This document shows, piece by piece, positions 28,971 to 37,930 of a DNA stretch of 64,000 nt. Under the pieces are notes generated by a model, which saw nothing but the letters and a program-made list of their open reading frames with translations, did no database searches and was not told the origin of the DNA. Each line of letters starts with the position of its first letter. The first letter of the stretch is position 1. Made by a program: the position numbers and the translations under genes. Source of the DNA: a bacterium (GTDB lineage Bacteria; UBA8248); contig CBDBZU010000004.1 of NCBI GenBank assembly GCA_965213625.1, positions 1,984,001-2,048,000 on the forward strand. Reading direction: 5' to 3'.

Positions 28971-29203
28971 AGCCGGATTTCCCGCCACTAGGCCGCCCGG
29001 AATCATTTTGTCTCCTCCTCTTGGAGAAAATGTGGATTTTGGGATATAGTCGCCTTTCTGTGGACGTAAGCGTTCGCACCGATTGACCTGAAATTAAATC
29101 CGCACATGCGTGGCCTGCGGCGAGAAATCCGACCGGTGGACCCGACTTCGGGTCCGCTTCTCGAGGCCGTAGCCACTGCAAAGGCAGGAAAGGAAACGCA
29201 TAT

Positions 29204-30349
29204 ATGTCGCCGATTCGCATCGCCATCGCCGGCGTGGGGAACTGCGCAAGTTCCCTGCTCCAGGGCATCGAGTATTACCGCCACCATCCCGAAGAGGAAT
29301 TGGGTCTCATGCACCGGGACCTGGGCGGCTACGAGCCGGAGGACATCGAGGTCGTGGCGGCTTTCGACATCGACGTCCGTAAGGTGGGGCAGCCGCTTCA
29401 TGTAGCGGCCTTCGCCAAGCCCAACTGCACGAAAACCATCTGGGAGAACCTGCCCGACTATGGCGTGAACGTGCGGATGGGGCCCATCCTGGACGGTGTG
29501 GCGTCACACATGGCGGAATACGCATCCGATCGCTCTTTTCTGCCCGCTGAGGCCGAACCCTGCGACGTGGCCGCGGAGCTTCGCGAGAGCGGGGCGGAAA
29601 TTTTATTGAACTTCATGCCGGTGGGTTCGGAGCAGGCGGCGCGCCATTACGCGGAAGCGGCGCTCGCGGCGGGCGTTTCCTTCATCAACTGCATGCCGGT
29701 CTTCATCGTCTCGGACCCAGAATGGGCGGGCCGCTTCACCGATGCGGGCATACCCGTGGTGGGAGACGACGTGAAGGCCCAGCTCGGCGCCACAATACTC
29801 CACCGCACGCTCGCCAGGCTTTGCGCGGACAGGGGCGTGAAGCTCAAGCGCACCTATCAGTTGAACACGGGCGGCAACACTGATTTTCTGAACATGCTGG
29901 AGCGCTCACGCCTGAAATCCAAGAAAATCTCGAAGACAGACGCCGTTCAGAGCCAGCTTCCCGAACCTCTCGATTCGGACGACATCCACATCGGGCCGTC
30001 TGACTACGTGCCATGGCAGGACGACAACAAGATATGCTTCCTGAGAATCGAGGCGGAAGGCTTCGGCGGCGTGCCGCTCGAAATCGAGGCGCGCCTCTCG
30101 GTTGAGGATTCCCCCAACTCAGGCGGCGTCGTCATCGACGCGATTCGCCTGGCGCGCATCGCGCGTGACAGGGGCGAGGCGGGGCCGCTCTACCCGGTGA
30201 GCGCTTACCTGATGAAACATCCCCCGGTTCAGGTGCCCGATTCCGTCTCGCATCAGATGATCGACGAGTTCATCGCGGGCGACCTTCGCGCAAGCGACCA
30301 GGTCGAGTTCAACGGCAACGGACTGCCTGCGCGCTACGACCACAAATAA
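29204..30349 (+). CDS. ino1: myo-inositol-1-phosphate synthase
   Basis: AGVGNCASSL, GDDVKAQLGAT, QLNTGGNTDFLNM, EDSPNSGG. Confidence 0.94.
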   Translation: MSPIRIAIAGVGNCASSLLQGIEYYRHHPEEELGLMHRDLGGYEPEDIEVVAAFDIDVRKVGQPLHVAAFAKPNCTKTIWENLPDYGVNVRMGPILDGVASHMAEYASDRSFLPAEAEPCDVAAELRESGAEILLNFMPVGSEQAARHYAEAALAAGVSFINCMPVFIVSDPEWAGRFTDAGIPVVGDDVKAQLGATILHRTLARLCADRGVKLKRTYQLNTGGNTDFLNMLERSRLKSKKISKTDAVQSQLPEPLDSDDIHIGPSDYVPWQDDNKICFLRIEAEGFGGVPLEIEARLSVEDSPNSGGVVIDAIRLARIARDRGEAGPLYPVSAYLMKHPPVQVPDSVSHQMIDEFIAGDLRASDQVEFNGNGLPARYDHK

Positions 30350-30370
30350 CGACTACGCTTCGGAACATGT

Positions 30371-30405
30371 AACCCCCGGGTTTGACGCCCGGGGGTTTTT
30401 GTTTT
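30371..30405 (+). terminator. Intrinsic terminator after ino1
   Basis: AACCCCCGGG-TTTGACG-CCCGGGGGTT hairpin followed by a T-run. Confidence 0.85.
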
Positions 30406-30426
30406 GCTCGGAAGGGGGAGGGCGCT

Positions 30427-30837
30427 TCAACCGCCGCCGTAGGTCTCTCCCGCGCGTTCTGAAAGCTCTATCCGCACGTCCTCGGGTCCCCGGATGTAGG
30501 CCGTCGTTCTCCCGCCCATGCCCGAGGGCGAGGGGTCACGGATGAAGTCCGCGCCCGCTTCTTTCATCTGCGCAGCGAGGCTGTGAATGTCGTCCACGGC
30601 GAAGGAGAAATGGTCGAGCCCCATCACGGCGTCTTGGTGGTTCTCCCCGATGCTCTCGCCCGGCCGCACGCCTCTCAGGAAAAGCCTGCCCTCGCCGACA
30701 CGGATGACGGCGTTGGGCGCGCCATGAAAGTTTTCTTCCTGGTAGATGACCTCGCCACCGAATATTTTTTCGAAAAAGGCGACCATCGCCTCCAAATCTT
30801 TGCAGATGATGTGCACATGATCGAACGATAAGTCCAT
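30427..30837 (-). CDS. VOC (glyoxalase) family protein
   Basis: FDHVHI, LDHFSFAVDD, YIRGPEDVRIEL. Confidence 0.9.
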   Translation of the reverse strand: MDLSFDHVHIICKDLEAMVAFFEKIFGGEVIYQEENFHGAPNAVIRVGEGRLFLRGVRPGESIGENHQDAVMGLDHFSFAVDDIHSLAAQMKEAGADFIRDPSPSGMGGRTTAYIRGPEDVRIELSERAGETYGGG

Positions 30838-30971
30838 GGACGACTCCTTTATATGACGGTTGGAACCCCTCGTTTTGATGAGGGCTAATGTCGCCCGTTC
30901 GGGGGCGTGTGGTCAATCGCTCCCATCGTGTAGAATGGCGAATCTCGAAAGAAGCGTAGGAGGGTATCCGA

Positions 30972-31865
30972 ATGGAGAAAATTCCCAGAAGCTGGAAGAC
31001 GGGGCTTCAGCGGATGGCCCCGGGTGTTTACGCCTACATTCAGGCGGGTGGGCTGAACGTCTCGAACGCGGGGCTCATCGTAGGGGATAGTGAGGCCTTG
31101 GTCATCGATTCTCTGTATGTACGGCCCATGACGCAGGCGTTTCAGGAGGCTATCCGCAATGCGACCCGAAAGCCGGTGCGCAAGATCGTCTGCACCCACC
31201 ACCATGCGGATCACACCCTGGGGCTAACATGGTTTGATAAGGAGATACCCGTCATCGCGCATCGCTACATGCGCGAGCGGATGATCGAGACAGGGCTCGA
31301 CCTCGCGCACTACCGGGGCGTGAACCCCGAATACGCAGGCGAACTCAAAAGGCTGAAGCCACGCTTTCCCGACGTCACCTACGAGGGCGGCATGACGCTT
31401 CGCCTGGGCAAGCGCGTCTTGGAACTCCACCACCTGGGCCATGCGCATTCCAAAGGCGACACCATCGTCTATCTGCCCGAAGAACGCGTTCTCTTCACGG
31501 GCGATATCTGCTTTCATTATGTGACGCCCGCCACCTTCGACGCCCACATCGGCGGGTGGATACGGATAGCGGACAGGATTCTCAAAACCTTCCCCATCGA
31601 GAGGGTCGTACCGGGGCACGGGCCGCCAGGGGATAAGAGAGCGCTCGAGAAAACATTGGGCTACCTCCGGCTCGTACGCAGGGAGGCGAAAAAACGCTTC
31701 GAAAAAGGAATCCCCGCCAAACGCGCCGCGCGCGAGATTCCGCTGGGCAGGTATACGGAGTGGATGAAGCCCGACCGCGTGGAGCAGGCCGTGATGAAGC
31801 TCTACAACGAGTTTAAAGGCCGTGGCGAGCAGGGGATATCGCTCCACGACGCCCGGGGCGGGTGA
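30972..31865 (+). CDS. MBL-fold metallo-hydrolase (cyclase-like)
   Basis: THHHADH, AHSKGD, FTGD, VPGHG. Confidence 0.9.
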   Translation: MEKIPRSWKTGLQRMAPGVYAYIQAGGLNVSNAGLIVGDSEALVIDSLYVRPMTQAFQEAIRNATRKPVRKIVCTHHHADHTLGLTWFDKEIPVIAHRYMRERMIETGLDLAHYRGVNPEYAGELKRLKPRFPDVTYEGGMTLRLGKRVLELHHLGHAHSKGDTIVYLPEERVLFTGDICFHYVTPATFDAHIGGWIRIADRILKTFPIERVVPGHGPPGDKRALEKTLGYLRLVRREAKKRFEKGIPAKRAAREIPLGRYTEWMKPDRVEQAVMKLYNEFKGRGEQGISLHDARGG

Positions 31866-31875
31866 GGAGGACGCG

Positions 31876-32232
31876 ATGCCCGAGAACTACGATCAAAGGC
31901 GCAGCCGCTGCATGCTCGATCAGTCATCGAACACGCAAAACCCCGTCCATCTCATCCTGAGAAGTCCCTATGTGCTGATGACGGGATATGCGAAAGAACA
32001 CGATGACGTGCGCGCCCTGCTCGACGACTTTAATGCTCTGGCTGCGCAGGATGACTCTGCTCCCGATGCCCGCGAAGCCCTGGCGCAGCAGGCCGATGCG
32101 CTATCCTCCCGCTATGCCGCCGCGCACATGTCGGCCCTCGCCGAACACCTGGGCTTTCTCGCCGAATTCCTGCGGAGTTGCTACCCCATCCGGCCGGTTA
32201 TGGAAACGGCTAGGCTGGAAGAAATCTCATAA
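31876..32232 (+). CDS. Hypothetical helical protein
   Basis: GAGGAGG RBS before ATG at 31876, immediately after the MBL gene; followed by a terminator-like hairpin. Confidence 0.65.
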   Translation: MPENYDQRRSRCMLDQSSNTQNPVHLILRSPYVLMTGYAKEHDDVRALLDDFNALAAQDDSAPDAREALAQQADALSSRYAAAHMSALAEHLGFLAEFLRSCYPIRPVMETARLEEIS

Positions 32233-32265
32233 AAAACCCCCGGAGCATCACGCCCCGGGGGTTTC
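32231..32265. terminator. Probable (bidirectional) terminator
   Basis: AAAAAACCCCCGG...CCGGGGGTTT hairpin between convergent genes. Confidence 0.7.
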
Positions 32266-32322
32266 ATATGGCTCGGCTTTCGTTGTTTTCCTATTTCTGC
32301 TTGACGGCCTGTGTAGCTCCCA

Positions 32323-33522
32323 TCAGTGCCCGTTTGCGGCGGCGCCGGCGGGTGCTTCCGTGAGGCCGCAGAAGAACTCGTAGTCGATGAGCTCGGTGAT
32401 GGAGGGGCTGTCCCCGCACACCGGGCAGGCCGGGTCACGCCTGATCTTGAGCGTCCTGAATTGCGACTTGAGCGCGTCGTACATCAGCAGTTTGCCGATG
32501 AGCGGTTCGCCGAAGCCCACGATGAGCTTGGCCGTCTCCGTCGCCTGGATGGAGCCCATGGTGCCGCACAGCGCGCCAAGTACCCCTGCGTCCTGGCAGG
32601 AGGGCACCATGCCGGGAGGCGGCGGTTCGGGATAGAGGCAGCGGTAACAGGGGCCGCCCTCTCCGGGGTGGTAGACGGTGGCCTGGCCTTCGAACTTGAA
32701 GATGGAGGCGTCGACGATGGGTTTTCCGAGAAATACCGCCGCGTCGTTCACGAGGTAGCGCGTCGGGAAATTGTCCGCCCCGTTCACGATGACGTCGTAG
32801 TCTTTGAGGATGTCGAGCGCGTTGTCGCGGTTGATTCTTTCTTCGTGCGCGATGACGTTCACGTCCGGGTTCAGCGCGGTGAGGGTAGCCGTCGCGCTTT
32901 CGACTTTGGAGATTCCAACGCGGTCATTCGTGTGGACGATCTGGCGCTGCAGGTTGCTCATGTCCACGACGTCCAGGTCCACGATGCCGATGTTCCCCAC
33001 GCCCATGGCAGTCAGATAAAGCCCGGTGGGAGAACCCAGACCGCCCGCGCCGATCAGGACGACCTTGGCGTCCAGGAGTTTGGACTGGCCCTTTTCCCCG
33101 ATTTGGGAGAGCAGGAAGTGGCGGCTGTAGCGGTTTAACTGCTCTGCGCTCATCTGCTTGTCCACTTGCACGGGAAAGGCCAGGTCTTTCCACTTCCCGT
33201 AACCTCCCGCCATGGACTTCACGTTCTGATAGCCCATGGATTGCAGCACCTGGCCCGCGAGCAGCGAGCGTACGCCGCCCGCACAGTAGGCGACGATGGG
33301 CGTCGTCCTGTCGGGAACGACCTGTTCGATCTTGAGTTCCAGGAATCCGCGGCTCACGTGTTCGGCGCCCGGCAGGTACCCGCCCCGGAACTCGTCCGGT
33401 TCGCGCACGTCGATGAGCGCCAACTCGGCGCCCGAATCGATAGCGGATTTCACATCTTCCGCCGTGATCTCAGGAACATCGCCCCGCGCGGCCTCGAGCA
33501 GGTCTCGTCCTGTTTTTGACAT
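32323..33522 (-). CDS. moeB: Molybdopterin-synthase adenylyltransferase MoeB with N-terminal rhodanese domain
   Basis: Rhodanese IDVREPDE..YCAGGVRS; RYSRH, GAGGLGSP, SNLQRQ, CYRC..CPVC. Confidence 0.93.
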   Translation of the reverse strand: MSKTGRDLLEAARGDVPEITAEDVKSAIDSGAELALIDVREPDEFRGGYLPGAEHVSRGFLELKIEQVVPDRTTPIVAYCAGGVRSLLAGQVLQSMGYQNVKSMAGGYGKWKDLAFPVQVDKQMSAEQLNRYSRHFLLSQIGEKGQSKLLDAKVVLIGAGGLGSPTGLYLTAMGVGNIGIVDLDVVDMSNLQRQIVHTNDRVGISKVESATATLTALNPDVNVIAHEERINRDNALDILKDYDVIVNGADNFPTRYLVNDAAVFLGKPIVDASIFKFEGQATVYHPGEGGPCYRCLYPEPPPPGMVPSCQDAGVLGALCGTMGSIQATETAKLIVGFGEPLIGKLLMYDALKSQFRTLKIRRDPACPVCGDSPSITELIDYEFFCGLTEAPAGAAANGH

Positions 33523-33731
33523 TTATTGTTCTCCTTTGCTGCCAGCATTCGCTGAAAAGGGATATGGATTGGAAAATCGTATCGCGAAAGTTGTCGGAAT
33601 GGAAGAGCGGGCAACTCGCTTTCCATAATTCTTTCGAATACTAAACTAAATTACTCAAGAATTGCAAGCCCGCCTGTAAAACCATGGAACCGGGTCATCA
33701 TGCCGAATTATGGTCTTCGTCGCCATGTACG

Positions 33732-34613
33732 CTAGTCGCCCATCCCTGCGCCTTTTTCGAAAAATTCTAAAATGGCGTTCTGGTCCGCGTTCCCGTGGCC
33801 CAGGGCGGCCGCGCTCATATAGACCTGCCGCGCCATCGTCCCCAGCGGAATCGGCGTCCCGATGCCGTCGGCCATCGCCGCGATGATGCGCAAGTCCTTG
33901 AGCATCAGGTTTATCGTGAACGTGGGCGTGTAGTCTTTGGCGATCATGGGTGAGGCCTTGTACTCGATAATCTTCGGGATCACGCTCGCCTTCAGGAACT
34001 CGACCATCAGTTCCGGGTCCAGGCCCCCCTTCGTCCCCATGGTCAGCGCCTCGGCGATGGCGGAGATGTGGATCGCAAAGATGTGGTTCGTCACCAGCTT
34101 CATCTGGAGGCCCGCGCCGTTCGAGCCGAAGTAGTGGATCGAGGCGCTGAAGGCCTCCAAAACGTCGCGGTGGGCATTGAGTGAAGCCTCATCGCCCCCC
34201 ACCATGATGGCCAGGGTTCCCGCTTTTGCGTGAGGCACGCTGCCACTCACGGGGGTGTCCAGAAACTGCACGCCTCGGTTTTTCGCTTCCACCGCCAACT
34301 CCTGGCTGCCTTCGACCGTCAGTGTCGACAAATCGAAGCAGACCGCGCTTTCAGAGGCGGTTGTGAGCGCCCCGGTCTCGCCCAGATAGGCTTCTTTTGC
34401 GTGCTCGACCTCGGGCACTGAACTGCAGATGACCTCGGCGCCCGTAGCGGCTTCCGCAGCCGTCTCGAAGACATTCAAACCGGCCGAGGCCGCCCGCTCG
34501 CGCGCGGCGGGGACGGGGTCGAAGCCGCGTACCTCGAAGCCCGCCTTCACAAGATTCTCCGACATGCCGGAGCCCATGTTGCCTAGACCCAGGAAAGCAA
34601 CCACTTTCGCCAT
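33732..34613 (-). CDS. Beta-hydroxyacid dehydrogenase (3-hydroxyisobutyrate dehydrogenase family), paralogue C
   Basis: GLGNMG, DTPVSG, MKLVTN, KDL. Confidence 0.9.
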   Translation of the reverse strand: MAKVVAFLGLGNMGSGMSENLVKAGFEVRGFDPVPAARERAASAGLNVFETAAEAATGAEVICSSVPEVEHAKEAYLGETGALTTASESAVCFDLSTLTVEGSQELAVEAKNRGVQFLDTPVSGSVPHAKAGTLAIMVGGDEASLNAHRDVLEAFSASIHYFGSNGAGLQMKLVTNHIFAIHISAIAEALTMGTKGGLDPELMVEFLKASVIPKIIEYKASPMIAKDYTPTFTINLMLKDLRIIAAMADGIGTPIPLGTMARQVYMSAAALGHGNADQNAILEFFEKGAGMGD

Positions 34614-34755
34614 TTCTCATCACTCCTGAATTTATTACTGCATCACTCAATGCCCATCGAACGGATCGACGAACCTGATAAATCAAGGCCATACCCCTTG
34701 AGTCGGGCGAGGCGTCTCCCGGCGCGGAAGCATACTTCAGCTTGCCCCTATGAAA

Positions 34756-35661
34756 TTATTTTCTCTTTATCCTCATTCCTGCGGCGCTCAGGAAAGCCTC
34801 GAAAACCGCGTTGCCGTCCGCTTGTTCGAAGCCGCGCGCCACGGCGGATGTGTGAAGTTGCCGCGCGGCGACGCCAATGGGTACGGGAACGCCCAAATCG
34901 TTCGCCTCGTTGGTGCTGAGTCCCAAATCCTTGAAGCTGAGTCCCAAATTCCCGATTACGTTGGAATAATCACGAGCCGCCATCTCTCTTCCTTTGAAAT
35001 GCATCATGTTCGGAATCGCGCTTCCTTGTATGAATTTCATCATCTTGCGGGCCGGAATTCCGGCCTTCACCCCGAACGCAAGGCCCTCGGCCATGCCGGC
35101 GTGCTGGATGAAGATGATGTGGTTCGACACCAGCTTCATGAGCAGGCCGTTTCCCGATTTTCCCATGTAGGTGACGGATTTACTGAAAGCGTCGAGCACG
35201 TCACGGTGTTCCTTGAGGGAGGACTCGTCTCCACCCACGATGGCGGAGATTTGCTTTTGCTCCAAGTGCGGAACGCTTCCGAGCACGGGAGAATCCAGAA
35301 AGGCAATTCCTTTCTTCTTGGCTTCTGCGGCGATCTCTTTCGCCAGGGCGACACTGCTTGTCGACAGCTCGAAACAGACCGCCCCGCGCCGAATGGTCTT
35401 GAGCACGCCGCCTTCGCCCAAGTAGACGTCTCTCACGATCTCGGTTTTTGGGAGCGAACTGCACACTACATCCACGCCCTTGACGGCTACTGCGACTGTT
35501 TTCGCGATTTTCGCGCCGTTCCTCTTTGCCGTCGCGACGGCTTTGGGAGCGGGGTCGTAACCGGTGACGTCGAAGCCGGCGTCAACCAGGTGTTTCGCCA
35601 TCAATCCACCCATGCGGCCCAGGCCCAGAAATGCGATTTTTTTCTTTGCCTCGTTCGCCAT
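34756..35661 (-). CDS. Beta-hydroxyacid dehydrogenase, paralogue B
   Basis: GLGRMG, DSPVLG, MKLVSN, KDL. Confidence 0.9.
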   Translation of the reverse strand: MANEAKKKIAFLGLGRMGGLMAKHLVDAGFDVTGYDPAPKAVATAKRNGAKIAKTVAVAVKGVDVVCSSLPKTEIVRDVYLGEGGVLKTIRRGAVCFELSTSSVALAKEIAAEAKKKGIAFLDSPVLGSVPHLEQKQISAIVGGDESSLKEHRDVLDAFSKSVTYMGKSGNGLLMKLVSNHIIFIQHAGMAEGLAFGVKAGIPARKMMKFIQGSAIPNMMHFKGREMAARDYSNVIGNLGLSFKDLGLSTNEANDLGVPVPIGVAARQLHTSAVARGFEQADGNAVFEAFLSAAGMRIKRK

Positions 35662-35790
35662 TTCTTCAGACTCCTGAAGTTTCTTGCGCTATCGTTCTAC
35701 GATAATGGTTGAGAACGTTGGGGCCTTCTCTCAAAAATCGAGTGAGGCGCCTCCCGGCGCAAGCGCCTACCTCCGCTTGCCCCTGTAAAA

Positions 35791-36696
35791 TTATTTTCTC
35801 TTCGGCTTCGTGCCCATGGCGTTCAGGAAAGACTCGAAGACTGCGTTGAAATCCGCATCTTCAAGTCCGAGCGCCATGGCGGAGGTGTATTGCTGGCGCG
35901 CGGCGGCGCCCAGGGGCACGGGGGCGCCCAGATCGTTCGCCTCGTTGATGCTGAGTCCCAGATCCTTGTAGCTTATCCCTAAGTTCGCGATGACGTCGGA
36001 ATAATCGCGCGCCGCCATCGTAGTGCCCTTGTAATGGATGAGGAGGGGAATCACGCTTCCCTGCAAAAATTTCATCATTTTGGGAGCCGTCAGGCCCGCT
36101 TTCATCCCGAACGCGAGACCCTCGGCCATACCGGAATGCTGGATGTTCAGAATGTGGTTCGTCACCAACTTCATGATCAGGCCGTTGCCTGATTTCCCCA
36201 TGTAGGTGACGGACTTGCTGAAGGCGTCGAGCACGTCGCGGTGTTCCTTGAGCGCGGCCTGGTCTCCGCCTACGATGGCGGATACCTCTTTACGCTCCAG
36301 GTGCGGAATACTGCCGCTGACGGGCGCGTCCAGAAAGGCGATTCCCTTTTTCTTGGCCGCTTCGGCAATTTCTTTCGCCAGAGTCACGCTGCTCGTCGAA
36401 AGCTCAAAGCAAACGGTGCCGCGCCGCGCCGTTTTGAGTACGCCCTTGGGGCCCAGATATACGTTTCTGACGACGGCGGGAGAGGGGAGCGAACTGCATA
36501 CCACATCTGCGCCCTTGACGGCCGCCGCCACGGTTCTGGCGGTTTTCGCGCCGTTTTTCTTCGCAGTAGCGACGGCATTTGGAGAGGGGTCGTAGCCCGT
36601 TACGGGAAAGCCGGCGTCAACCTGGTGTTTCGTCATCAATCCGCCCATGCGGCCTAGACCTAGAAATGCGATTTTTTTCGTTGCCTTGCGCGCCAT
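35791..36696 (-). CDS. Beta-hydroxyacid dehydrogenase, paralogue A
   Basis: GLGRMG, DAPVSG, MKLVTN, KDL. Confidence 0.9.
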   Translation of the reverse strand: MARKATKKIAFLGLGRMGGLMTKHQVDAGFPVTGYDPSPNAVATAKKNGAKTARTVAAAVKGADVVCSSLPSPAVVRNVYLGPKGVLKTARRGTVCFELSTSSVTLAKEIAEAAKKKGIAFLDAPVSGSIPHLERKEVSAIVGGDQAALKEHRDVLDAFSKSVTYMGKSGNGLIMKLVTNHILNIQHSGMAEGLAFGMKAGLTAPKMMKFLQGSVIPLLIHYKGTTMAARDYSDVIANLGISYKDLGLSINEANDLGAPVPLGAAARQQYTSAMALGLEDADFNAVFESFLNAMGTKPKRK

Positions 36697-36705
36697 TTCT
36701 CTCTC

Positions 36706-37584
36706 CTATCTATCAAGCCCGAGCAGTTTCAGGGGGTTTTCCACGAGTATTTTTTCGCGGATGTTTTCATCCGGTGCCCAGTCGAACAGTTGATCCAGCA
36801 AGTCGCCGTCGTTGGGCATCGGTATCTTGCAGACGGGATGCGGCCAGTCCGTGCCCCAGATCACGCGCTCGGGAGCTGTTTCGATGAGGGCGCTGGCGAC
36901 GGGGTCTACGTCCGAATAGGGCGTCTGCTTTAGGCCCGTGATTCGGTATGCGCCCGTGAGTTTCACCCACGTTCGGCCTTCTCTGAGCAAGTCCATGAAT
37001 TCCTGGAGAGGGGCTAGACCCTCGCCCGCCGGAACGTATCCCATGTGCCCGAAAACGCTGTGGACTGGCAGGGAGGAGAAGGTTTTTCTGAGTTCTGGGT
37101 ATTCATGCACGTGGATCAAAAACTCCATGTGCCAGCCCATGTCCTGGATGCGCTCGCCCATCGCCTGAACGTCTGCGAACGAATCGAAGGGGTTCCCGCC
37201 CTTGTCCGCCAGATTGATCCGCAAGCCGCGAACCCCGGCATCGTGAAGGCGCGCCAACTCCGCCTCGCTCACCTCCTTGTCTACGGAGGCCACGCCCATG
37301 AGCCGCCCGCCCGAGCGGGCCATCGCGTCGAGCATGGCGGTATTGTCGACACCGTAGACGCTCGGCTGGGTGAGAACGCCGCGCTCTACGCCGAGCGTAC
37401 GGTGGAGGGTTTCGTAGGCATCGAGCAGGGCGTCGGGAGGCGTGTAGCCCCTTTTGGGGGAATAAGTGTATTTGCTCTCGGGGCCGAAAATGTGCCCGTG
37501 TGTGTCCCAGGCGCCGGGGGGGAGCTTGAAGCGGGGTGCTCTGGGTTGGGGGTCCGGGGGCGGGCAGGGGAGCATATCGGGCAT
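36706..37584 (-). CDS. Amidohydrolase-family lactonase (LigI/sugar lactonase-like)
   Basis: DTHGHIFGP, QPSVYGVDN, GVRGLRIN, WVKLTG, WGTDWPHP. Confidence 0.88.
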   Translation of the reverse strand: MPDMLPCPPPDPQPRAPRFKLPPGAWDTHGHIFGPESKYTYSPKRGYTPPDALLDAYETLHRTLGVERGVLTQPSVYGVDNTAMLDAMARSGGRLMGVASVDKEVSEAELARLHDAGVRGLRINLADKGGNPFDSFADVQAMGERIQDMGWHMEFLIHVHEYPELRKTFSSLPVHSVFGHMGYVPAGEGLAPLQEFMDLLREGRTWVKLTGAYRITGLKQTPYSDVDPVASALIETAPERVIWGTDWPHPVCKIPMPNDGDLLDQLFDWAPDENIREKILVENPLKLLGLDR

Positions 37585-37599
37585 ACAATTTCCCTTTAG

Positions 37600-37899
37600 T
37601 TAGTGGAGGTCGCCCTCGCGGCCATAGAGCTTGTGGCGAGGTCGTCCCGCCAGAATCTCCGCCTTTCCCCAGTCCGTGACGGCGCGAAAGGCATCGCTCC
37701 TGATGAAAGCCATGAAGTCTTCCTGCGCCTCCCACTCAGAGAGGATGGTGTAGGAATTGGGATTTTTCACCTGCTGATACAAAAGGCTCTGCACGTGGCC
37801 GGCCTGGCCATCAAGGGCGCCTGCCACTGCCTCGAATTTTTCCTCGAATTCTTTTTCCTTGCCCGGCAGGACGTCGTAATACATGCCTACGGTGATCAT
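37600..37899 (-). CDS. ABM (antibiotic biosynthesis monooxygenase) domain protein
   Basis: Ferredoxin-like ABM pattern YDVLPGKEKEFE..ILSEW..F..F.RSDAF..RPRH. Confidence 0.85.
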   Translation of the reverse strand: MITVGMYYDVLPGKEKEFEEKFEAVAGALDGQAGHVQSLLYQQVKNPNSYTILSEWEAQEDFMAFIRSDAFRAVTDWGKAEILAGRPRHKLYGREGDLH

Positions 37900-37930
37900 G
37901 TTCCGCTCCTTGCGTGACGCTGGTGAGGCG

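Noticed and set aside
24865-30349. EboB-like TatD plus ino1 as an ebo-type cluster
   Set aside because: They are on opposite strands, separated by a tRNA and unrelated genes, and no eboA/C/E/F-like genes are present.
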